A stretch of DNA of 64,000 bases, taken from the NCBI GenBank assembly GCA_964541305.1, contig CAZIPE010000006.1, positions 1,957 to 65,956 of the forward strand. The letters are read 5' to 3'. A model generated the notes under the pieces. That model was not told the DNA's origin. It made no database searches and was given only the letters and a program-made list of their open reading frames with translations. This DNA comes from an uncultured Candidatus Saccharibacteria bacterium (GTDB lineage: Bacteria > Patescibacteriota > Saccharimonadia > Saccharimonadales > UBA7683). A program made the translations under genes and the position numbers. Positions 29,078-36,375 of the stretch are shown piece by piece (positions within the stretch are counted from its first letter, which is position 1; the number at the start of each line of letters is the position of its first letter).

Positions 29078-29242
29078 ATGGAAAATTTTCAGGATACAGT
29101 AAGTGGCAGAAGCACGCGCGCGGAAACTCCGAATCATCTCAGAGGACTCCCCGAAGGTGCGGCCGCTTTAATTGTAAATACACTACACAATGACCCTCAT
29201 GCGTCGTTAAACCGTCACCTTGCGATGCTTATAAAAGATTAG
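29078..29242 (+). CDS. candidate small ORF (54 aa), possibly leaderless; alternatively a small RNA
   Basis: My own translation is MENFQDTVSGRSTRAETPNHLRGLPEGAAALIVNTLHNDPHASLNRHLAMLIKD. It is below the track cutoff. A TTGCTT-17-TAATGT promoter (29041-29069) ends 8 nt before the ATG. Confidence 0.25.
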   Translation: MENFQDTVSGRSTRAETPNHLRGLPEGAAALIVNTLHNDPHASLNRHLAMLIKD

Positions 29243-29244
29243 GG

Positions 29245-30120
29245 CTATTTAGTTAGTTTCTCGGTTAGTTTCTTGAGGTGTTCTTCGTTTTTGTAACTGA
29301 TGAGAATTTGGCCTCCTTTAGCAAGGCGTCGCACGCGCACCGGAGTTTTAAGGAACTGAGAAATTTGTTTGGTTTCTTTAGTTTCACTCTTGGTATTTGC
29401 TACTGCTTTTGTCTTTTCATCATCTTTATTCAACTTTTTATGACCAACTACATATTGTTCGGCTTGGCGCACTGTCCATTTGTTCTTAATGATAAGTTCG
29501 AGTAATTTTAATTGTTCGGATTCTTCTTTTAGGGCCAGAATTTGGCGAGCATGACCTTCGACAATCTTACCCGCGTGGAGTGCCTGCTTGGCTTCACGCG
29601 GTAGTTTTAGGAGGCGAGTAATATTATGGACCGCGCTCGCGCTCTTGCCTACTTTCTTTGCCACCTGATCGAAACTAAGGTTAAATTGATCGTGTAGGCT
29701 CAAGTATGCGGCCGCCAATTCAAGTAAATTAAGGTCTTTGCGCTGTATATTTTCGATTAAAGCAACCTCTAGTTTTTGCTGTTCGCCAAACGAACGAACA
29801 ATAGCAGGTACTGTTTTTTGTCCAATCGACCCCGCCGCCCGCCAACGACGTTCACCGGCAATAATAATGAACTTTGACCCTTTTTTAGACACAATAAGCG
29901 GTTGAATGATGCCGTATTCTTTAATTGAATCGGCTAACTCTTGGAGCGATTCTTCATCAAATTGCTTGCGTGGTTGGTCGGGATTTGGTTCAATCTTACC
30001 TACCTGTATCTGCTCCACCATCTCACCTTGAGCTTGGCCTACGGCGAGTGCCTCAGACAACATATCATCTGGTATAAGAGATGAGAAATCTTTTCCTAAT
30101 CCTTTAGCTGACACGATCAA
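29245..30120 (-). CDS. parB: chromosome partitioning protein ParB
   Basis: ParB box GERRWRAA and HTH region. It overlaps the end of parA. Confidence 0.93.
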   Translation of the reverse strand: MIVSAKGLGKDFSSLIPDDMLSEALAVGQAQGEMVEQIQVGKIEPNPDQPRKQFDEESLQELADSIKEYGIIQPLIVSKKGSKFIIIAGERRWRAAGSIGQKTVPAIVRSFGEQQKLEVALIENIQRKDLNLLELAAAYLSLHDQFNLSFDQVAKKVGKSASAVHNITRLLKLPREAKQALHAGKIVEGHARQILALKEESEQLKLLELIIKNKWTVRQAEQYVVGHKKLNKDDEKTKAVANTKSETKETKQISQFLKTPVRVRRLAKGGQILISYKNEEHLKKLTEKLTK

Positions 30121-30862
30121 TAATCTCCTTGGTTAATGCTTTGTATGCCCGAGCACCCTTACTCCACTTATCGAGCTCACCTACAGGTTTACCATAACTC
30201 GGTGATTCAGCCAAGCGGATATTGCGTGGAACGGCAGTTGAAAATAGACGTGCACCAAAGTGCTTCTTAAGTTGCGTCTCTACCTGCGCTGAAAGTGTCG
30301 TGCGCGTACTATGCATAGTCATGACGACGCCTAAGATTGATAAACTCGGGTTCAGCGCTTGTCTCACCAGCTTCATAGTCTCAAGCAATTGCCCCAGCCC
30401 CTCAAGCGCGTAATACTCGGTTTGAACAGGAACAAGGACTGATGTAGCCGCCGTGAGCGCATTCACCGTAAGAAGGCCAAGGCTCGGTGGGCAATCAATC
30501 AAAATGATATCAAAGTCCGCGTCAGTCAAAGCTTTTTTCAGCTTAAGGGCACGGTCTTTTTCGCTCGCAAGATCTGTTTCGACAGTAGCCAACTGTGGTT
30601 CAGTCGGCAAAAGAGAAAGATTTTTATAGGCCGATGGAATGACTGACTGCGCAAGTGAAGCCTCACCTTTTAAGAGCTCTTTTGTGGTGACGGTTAGTTT
30701 GCTTTTATCGATACCAAGTCCGCTTGTGGCGTTGCCCTGCGGATCAAGATCAATCAATAGCGTCTTTTTACCACTTTTTGCAAGATTATAGGCGACATTA
30801 ACCGCTGTGGTAGTCTTGCCGACTCCACCTTTCTGATTAGTTACCGCTATTATATGAGCCAT
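30104..30862 (-). CDS. parA: chromosome partitioning ATPase ParA/Soj
   Basis: The start is set at MAHIIAVTNQKGGVGKTT (deviant Walker A). Confidence 0.92.
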   Translation of the reverse strand: MAHIIAVTNQKGGVGKTTTAVNVAYNLAKSGKKTLLIDLDPQGNATSGLGIDKSKLTVTTKELLKGEASLAQSVIPSAYKNLSLLPTEPQLATVETDLASEKDRALKLKKALTDADFDIILIDCPPSLGLLTVNALTAATSVLVPVQTEYYALEGLGQLLETMKLVRQALNPSLSILGVVMTMHSTRTTLSAQVETQLKKHFGARLFSTAVPRNIRLAESPSYGKPVGELDKWSKGARAYKALTKEIIDRVS

Positions 30863-30932
30863 GTTTGTTATTAACCCCTCCAAATCTACTTATTAGTATA
30901 CAGTGGGCGGGTCATTGGTTCCAGGGTTGAAA

Positions 30933-30958
30933 GCAAAAACGAGCCCGTAAGCTCGTTT
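30933..30958 (-). terminator. rho-independent terminator after rplU
   Basis: The minus strand reads AAACGAGCttacggGCTCGTTTTTG. Confidence 0.7.
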
Positions 30959-30982
30959 GCTATCGTAATCTGAATACGACTA

Positions 30983-31288
30983 CTAACTAATTTTAGTGAT
31001 TTCAATAATTGAATGTTGCTGACGATGACCACGTTTTTTGTTGACACGCTTTTTTGCCTTGTAACGAATCGCCACAACCTTGTCGCCTTTAACATTTTCT
31101 TCCACAACCTTGGCTTCAACTTTTGCACCCTTTACGAGCGGTTGACCAACTGATATTTTTTCACCATCGATGACTAAAAGTGGCTCAAAGCTAAGTGTTT
31201 TAGCGTCTCCAACGAGCTCGACTTCGAGTTTTTGCTTTTCGGCCACCAGATATTGATGTCCACCAGATATAATTACTGCTTTTTTCAT
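30983..31288 (-). CDS. rplU: 50S ribosomal protein L21
   Basis: 101 aa, beginning MKKAVIISGGHQYLVAEKQKL. Confidence 0.93.
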   Translation of the reverse strand: MKKAVIISGGHQYLVAEKQKLEVELVGDAKTLSFEPLLVIDGEKISVGQPLVKGAKVEAKVVEENVKGDKVVAIRYKAKKRVNKKRGHRQQHSIIEITKIS

Positions 31289-31406
31289 TCTTGGTTATCC
31301 TTTATCGTAACACTGGACTTTATAAACCCGAGGTGACTTAAGCCATTCGGAGCCAGGGTTAGATGTATATTATTAAACAAGTCAAAGACCAGTTTAACAG
31401 ATGCAA

Positions 31407-31799
31407 TCACTCCTGTAAAGACCGCTTATCTTCGAGTTCATGAATACGATCGTGATCTAAGCCAAAATAGTGGGCAATTTCATGCCATAACGTATGTTTT
31501 ATGCGCGCCCTCAGCTCTTCTTCACTATGAGATGAATAAAACAATGGCAGTTTGAACAGCGTAATTTTATCTGGTAGCTGACCTGAAAAACCATTACCAC
31601 GCTTTGTGAGCGGAATACCTTCGTAAAGCCCAAATAATGACTGGTTGCAAGCCAGTTTTAGCTTTTTACGTTGATCGAGACTCGGTTCATCTTCGTATGT
31701 AATGAGTACGTTATCGAGTTTTGAGGTATATTTTTCAGGTAACTCATCTAGCGCTCGACTCATCATACCTGAGAATATATCGTCTGTTGGAATATCCAT
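31407..31799 (-). CDS. zinc metallopeptidase-like protein (zincin, HExxH)
   Basis: 130 aa with a C-terminal TLWHEIAHYFGLDH motif. Confidence 0.6.
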   Translation of the reverse strand: MDIPTDDIFSGMMSRALDELPEKYTSKLDNVLITYEDEPSLDQRKKLKLACNQSLFGLYEGIPLTKRGNGFSGQLPDKITLFKLPLFYSSHSEEELRARIKHTLWHEIAHYFGLDHDRIHELEDKRSLQE

Positions 31800-31865
31800 A
31801 CATTTAAGTATACACTTAAAGCTTCTGTTTTCCGAACCATCCTTTGGTGCGTCCTATTGAAATAC

Positions 31866-34715
31866 CTAGGACTTTTTTAACTTGATGGTCAGTGTAGACC
31901 CCTCAACGGTTGCCGTAGCTTTAAAACCATCTTTCACTTCCACAATATCTGTTGCAAGTGTTTCAGCTTTAATTGTTTTAGCATGTTCATCTATCGCCTT
32001 TTGAAGTTCATTGTCATCGGTTGAAAGTGATAGCGTAATTCGATCATCAACGTTCAAGCCACCTTCTTTTCGAGCACTCTGCACATTCCTCACCACTTCG
32101 CGCATCAAGCCCTCTCGCTTAAGTTCGGGGGTCATGTGAGTATCAAGCTCTACTGCTTCTGAGCCTGTCTTGACCTGCTTTACATTCAGCTCTTCCATAA
32201 CAACATCAACAAGATATTCAGGACATGCCGGAAGCGTGACACTCGCCAATGGTTGTCTCACTTTTATTTGGGCTTGAGCTCGTAAGCGCAGCCCTTCGGT
32301 GATAGAGCCTCTTACGCCGTCCATTTCTTCCCCTAGATCACTGTGAACAAGCGCATTCTTTGCCTCGGGGAAATCAAGCAGATGAACCGAGTCTTTTGAG
32401 CCAGTAAGTTGCTGATATATATCTTCGGCCATAAATGGCGTAAATGGGGCCATCAGCTTTGAAAGTTCAACTAACACATAGTAGAGAGTATGGTACGCCT
32501 CGTTTTTGTCTCTATCATTCTCACTCTTCCAAAAACGCTTTCGAGATCGTCGTACAAACCAATTACTTAAACCATCCACAAACTCCATAATGGGTCGCGA
32601 GGCATGCATTAAATTGTATTCTGACATATTTTTATCTACATCTTGGATGAGCTTTTGTAGTTTACTTAGAATCCATTTATCAAGAATATTGACTGGCTGA
32701 GGAGTTCCCTCAACTGCCTTCCAGTCATCAACATCGGCATACATCAAGAAGAAATCTAAAACATTGTAAATCATACTGAGTTTTCGCTCCACTCCAAGCA
32801 CGTCTTTGTCGCTCAAATTAATATCTTCGCCCAATACAACAGGAGAAGTGAGAAAGAAGTATCGAAATGCGTCAGCACTCGTTTTGTTCATGAGTTCCAG
32901 TGGATCAGTGTAATTCTTCAGTTTTTTGCTCATCTTTTTGCCATCTTCGGCATTGATGAATCCAGTGCAAATAAGATTTTTAAATGGCGAAACACCAAAC
33001 AATGCAACGTTTACTGCAGTGAGTGAGTAGAACCAGCCTCGTGTTTGATCAATTGCCTCGACAATGAAATCCGCCGGAAAACTCTGTTCAAACTTTTCTT
33101 TGTTCTCAAATGGATAGTGGAATTGCGCATAGGGCATTGAACCACTCTCAAACCAACAATCAAGCACCTTGCCGGTATGCTTCATCATCACTCCGTCACA
33201 CTCAAACTCAACATTCATGACATTTGGTAAGTGATAATCTTCGAGTGATTTACCCGTAAGTTCTTCAAATTCCTGGTACGAACCTATAACTTTTATTACT
33301 TCAGTACCGTCGTTTCGCTCGCCCTTCCAAACAGGTATCGGAGTTGCCCAATAACGATCTCTTGAAAGATTCCAATCTGGTGCGGATTCAATAATATTTG
33401 TGAATCTTCCGTCCCGCAGTTTTTGTGGTACCCAATTAGTATTACTATTGCTCTCGAGCATTTCTGTTTTTTGCCCCTGGATATCCATAAACCAACTTGG
33501 ATGTGCACGATACATGAGTTTTGATCCACATCGATGACAGTGTGGATAATCGTGCGTGATGTATTCAACCTTAAGAGCTTTTCCTTCTTCAACCAACGTC
33601 TTTGCAATTTCTTTATTCACATCCCAAATGTTCTGGCCGAGCCACCGACCCTCGGTGTAGTGACCGTTTTCATCAACGAGTGAAACAATTGGTACTCCCT
33701 CTTTTTTACAGAGCTCGTAATCTTCCTCACCATAAGCGGGCGCTTCATGCGCAATGCCCGTGCCATCTTCAGCAGTTATAAAATCCGCAGAAAGCACACG
33801 GTGAGCATCAGGTCCATGATTTTCAAACAGTGGATGGTAAGTTTTACCAACCAACTCACTACCCTTCACCTTTTTGATGACTTCGTAGTCGAGTGATTGG
33901 TGTTTTTCATCTGTAAAAACGCCTTCTACAGCATCCTTCGCAACATATACTTTTTTGTCATTGTAGTTAACTAGAACATAGTCAATTTTGGGGTTTATGG
34001 CTATTGCGACGTTAGCAGGCAATGTCCATGGAGTTGTTGTCCATGTCAGTAAATATTCGTCCGTTCCTTCAAGCTGGAAATACACGTACACGCTCGGGTC
34101 TGTATCTTGCTGATAGCTATTTTCCATCGCAACCTCTGATTTTGAAATTGGAGTGGCATCCTTGGTGCAATACACCAGTATTTTTTCACCCTCGTAGATC
34201 TTCCCTTTTTCGTAAAGTTCTTTAAATGCCCACCACACACTTTCCATATACTCAGGATCCATAGTTTTGTAGGCACCCTTAAATTCAACCCAGCGACCCA
34301 CCCGATCGATGGTATCTTCCCATTCCGTTCCGGTTTTTACCATTGCAGCACGACACGCATTTACGTAATCTTCGATACTAATTTTTGTGCCGATTTCTTT
34401 TTTATTTGCAATTCCGAGCTGTTTTTCAACAAACACCTCTGCTGGTAATCCGTGGCAGTCCCACCCCCAGCGACGTTCAACATGCTTGCCCTTCATAGTT
34501 TGATAACGAGCAACCGTATCTTTAACAGTCGAAATTAAGAGATGTCCGTGGTGCGGTGTACCAGTTAAAAACGGTGGCCCATCGTAAAATACAAAGCTAT
34601 TGTCACTCGGTCTTTCGTCGACAGATTTATAAAACGTCTTATCTTCATGCCAAAATTTCCCAACTCGTTGTTCAATCTCCGAATGCTTCTGCTTTTCTCG
34701 TGTTTTAAATTTCAT
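31866..34715 (-). CDS. ileS: isoleucyl-tRNA synthetase
   Basis: 949 aa with HIGH-type PHHGHLL, KMSKKLKN and a CP1 editing insertion. Confidence 0.96.
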   Translation of the reverse strand: MKFKTREKQKHSEIEQRVGKFWHEDKTFYKSVDERPSDNSFVFYDGPPFLTGTPHHGHLLISTVKDTVARYQTMKGKHVERRWGWDCHGLPAEVFVEKQLGIANKKEIGTKISIEDYVNACRAAMVKTGTEWEDTIDRVGRWVEFKGAYKTMDPEYMESVWWAFKELYEKGKIYEGEKILVYCTKDATPISKSEVAMENSYQQDTDPSVYVYFQLEGTDEYLLTWTTTPWTLPANVAIAINPKIDYVLVNYNDKKVYVAKDAVEGVFTDEKHQSLDYEVIKKVKGSELVGKTYHPLFENHGPDAHRVLSADFITAEDGTGIAHEAPAYGEEDYELCKKEGVPIVSLVDENGHYTEGRWLGQNIWDVNKEIAKTLVEEGKALKVEYITHDYPHCHRCGSKLMYRAHPSWFMDIQGQKTEMLESNSNTNWVPQKLRDGRFTNIIESAPDWNLSRDRYWATPIPVWKGERNDGTEVIKVIGSYQEFEELTGKSLEDYHLPNVMNVEFECDGVMMKHTGKVLDCWFESGSMPYAQFHYPFENKEKFEQSFPADFIVEAIDQTRGWFYSLTAVNVALFGVSPFKNLICTGFINAEDGKKMSKKLKNYTDPLELMNKTSADAFRYFFLTSPVVLGEDINLSDKDVLGVERKLSMIYNVLDFFLMYADVDDWKAVEGTPQPVNILDKWILSKLQKLIQDVDKNMSEYNLMHASRPIMEFVDGLSNWFVRRSRKRFWKSENDRDKNEAYHTLYYVLVELSKLMAPFTPFMAEDIYQQLTGSKDSVHLLDFPEAKNALVHSDLGEEMDGVRGSITEGLRLRAQAQIKVRQPLASVTLPACPEYLVDVVMEELNVKQVKTGSEAVELDTHMTPELKREGLMREVVRNVQSARKEGGLNVDDRITLSLSTDDNELQKAIDEHAKTIKAETLATDIVEVKDGFKATATVEGSTLTIKLKKS

Positions 34716-35277
34716 CTTTTGCCTCCACTGGCTTATGCATGTTTAAAATTGGCATCTTTCCATGGAATAACTCTTTATCCGTGTCGCCTCGAATGAATCC
34801 ATATTGCTCGTAAAATTTGATTGCTCTTTCATTATACGCGACAACTTGAAGATGCATCGGCAAACTACCGACAAAATCGAGTGCCTCATCCATAAGTTCG
34901 TGAGCAACTCCAGTTCCTTTTAAATTATCTGTGAGGTAAATTGCATCAATAGTTGCTTCACTATTCTGCTTCGTAACGTGCATGAAGCCTTGGATAACGC
35001 CTTCTTCGTCCTTTACTACTCGGTATTGGGTATTTGGGTCATTTTTTTCAATGAGCTTTCTACGAAACTCATTACCGTTATCACGGCCACTATCAGTCTG
35101 ACCATCTTTAACCAGAAAATTAAATTCAGTTCGAATCCAGTCTTCGGTTACACCGTACTCGTCATTAGGGTACGTTTGCAACCAAGATTTCAAGTGCGCC
35201 TCACCAATACCAACAGCATCATCAATTGTCGCAGACTCGATTTCGAACCGTTTGTCGTTAAATAGTACCTCAGTCAC
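34705..35277 (-). CDS. GNAT family N-acetyltransferase
   Basis: 190 aa with GTG start and an acetyl-CoA-binding-like segment (LKGTGVAHELMDEALDF). Its 3' end overlaps the ileS start by 11 nt. Confidence 0.7.
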   Translation of the reverse strand: MTEVLFNDKRFEIESATIDDAVGIGEAHLKSWLQTYPNDEYGVTEDWIRTEFNFLVKDGQTDSGRDNGNEFRRKLIEKNDPNTQYRVVKDEEGVIQGFMHVTKQNSEATIDAIYLTDNLKGTGVAHELMDEALDFVGSLPMHLQVVAYNERAIKFYEQYGFIRGDTDKELFHGKMPILNMHKPVEAKDEI

Positions 35278-35505
35278 TTTCTTCCTTTCTTAATAGAAAA
35301 ATCACTGCTTTTGACTGCCAGAATCCCAATTTGTTAGGATGGTACCATCTGGCTTCCAAAAGAAGTGATTCTTTTAGCGCTTACTTACTGCTATTACGGG
35401 CTTACCCGAGAGGTTCTACTGGGCAAATAGCTTTTCTTCCTCTTCCGCCGTCCTTCAAAGTTTCAACGAAGAATGGATCGTGGTTGATAGCCACTACGGA
35501 TTACG
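35278..35505 (-). promoter_or_regulatory. T-box-like tRNA(Ile)-sensing leader of the GNAT-ileS operon
   Basis: The minus-strand RNA has a hairpin GUGG-CUAUCAA-CCAC (35480-35494) with AUC followed by A in the loop. Downstream lies an antiterminator-type element: GCCAGA, a 7-nt bulge UGGUACC, AUCC, a loop, GGAU, UCUGGC (35317-35353). This sits on a 14-bp extension followed by a U-run. Confidence 0.55.
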
Positions 35506-35509
35506 TAAG

Positions 35510-35538
35510 ATTATACGCTAGTTGCCCGATAGTCACAA
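35510..35538 (-). promoter_or_regulatory. sigma70-type promoter of the T-box leader (TTGTGA-17-TATAAT)
   Basis: The minus strand reads TTGTGActatcgggcaactagcgTATAAT. Confidence 0.55.
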
Positions 35539-35811
35539 TTACTGGGTGTAAAAACTTAATTCTGAAATGGTTGGCCATTTGTCTATTTCTGACCACGCTT
35601 GCACAAATTCACCCGTATCTTCGCGGACTAAAATGGCAGGAAACTGTAAAATGTCATAAATTTGAGCCAATTCTACACCCTCTTTACTGTCAGCGTCCAT
35701 GAGCTCTAGTTGTTTACCGGTACGTTGTTCAAAATCTCTGAGATAACCCTGCAATTGAGTATCTGTCTCGGAGATCGGCTTATGGAGAATAATCGCTTTC
35801 ATACTACTCAT
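35539..35811 (-). CDS. hypothetical small protein, thioredoxin-fold-like without CxxC
   Basis: 90 aa. The fold guess rests only on the pattern (AIILHK...FPAILV). Confidence 0.4.
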   Translation of the reverse strand: MSSMKAIILHKPISETDTQLQGYLRDFEQRTGKQLELMDADSKEGVELAQIYDILQFPAILVREDTGEFVQAWSEIDKWPTISELSFYTQ

Positions 35812-35825
35812 GATTATATCAGATA

Positions 35826-36353
35826 CTAGTCAATCAATTCCTTGATTCTTTTTACGCTGTCAGTAATTTCTATATGTGAGGTATCAATTACTGACACTCC
35901 TCTGTTCTTCCAGCCGTCAAAAAGTCGGTGATTCTCCCTCACTATGCTTTCTTTAAGTTTTGATTGCTCATCACGCCCATTATTCCGTTCTACGGTAGTT
36001 TCCTCATCCGGCAATAAAACAACTAGTTTGTAGGGAAGATCTTTAAGATGTTTCTCCCATATTACAAATTCTTCTAGTGGACCATAGAAATCTACCACAC
36101 AGTTTATGCCCGCTTCGTGATATCTTTTTGCCATATCTACGCACAGCGGAATTGAGACATTCCACTGTCGTTGAGTTTCTTTATTCCAGTCCTTGCGATA
36201 GTCATCTGCTGAATGGTAACCAGTAACCACAAGTTGTCGTAAATCGTCCTGACTAAGATATGCCCAGACACCTGAAGCACTTTCGAGGAACTCTCGAATC
36301 GTCGTCGTCTTTCCAGCTCCAGAAGGACCAGTTATTAAAAGTATCGTGGACAT
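35826..36353 (-). CDS. P-loop NTPase/kinase-like protein (AAA_33/zeta-like)
   Basis: The start is set at MSTILLITGPSGAGKTTT. The longer track ORF overlaps the nrdJ 3' end. Confidence 0.6.
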   Translation of the reverse strand: MSTILLITGPSGAGKTTTIREFLESASGVWAYLSQDDLRQLVVTGYHSADDYRKDWNKETQRQWNVSIPLCVDMAKRYHEAGINCVVDFYGPLEEFVIWEKHLKDLPYKLVVLLPDEETTVERNNGRDEQSKLKESIVRENHRLFDGWKNRGVSVIDTSHIEITDSVKRIKELID

Positions 36354-36375
36354 ATCTTTTCCTAATAACTGAGAC

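Noticed and set aside
29090-29175. SRP (4.5S) RNA or RNase P RNA in the GC-rich lepB-parB gap
   Set aside because: The universal SRP domain IV sequence (GGUCCGGAAGGAAGCAGC-like) and the RNase P CR-I motif are absent, and the length is too short for RNase P RNA.
31289-31406. L21 ribosomal-protein leader upstream of rplU
   Set aside because: I could find only weak, ambiguous stems. In addition, rpmA does not follow rplU here, so I could not support the call from the sequence alone.
35331-35702. 123-aa plus-strand ORF spanning the ileS-operon leader
   Set aside because: It is antisense to the T-box-like leader and to the 90-aa minus-strand gene. It has no RBS or recognisable motifs, and the region is better explained as regulatory RNA.
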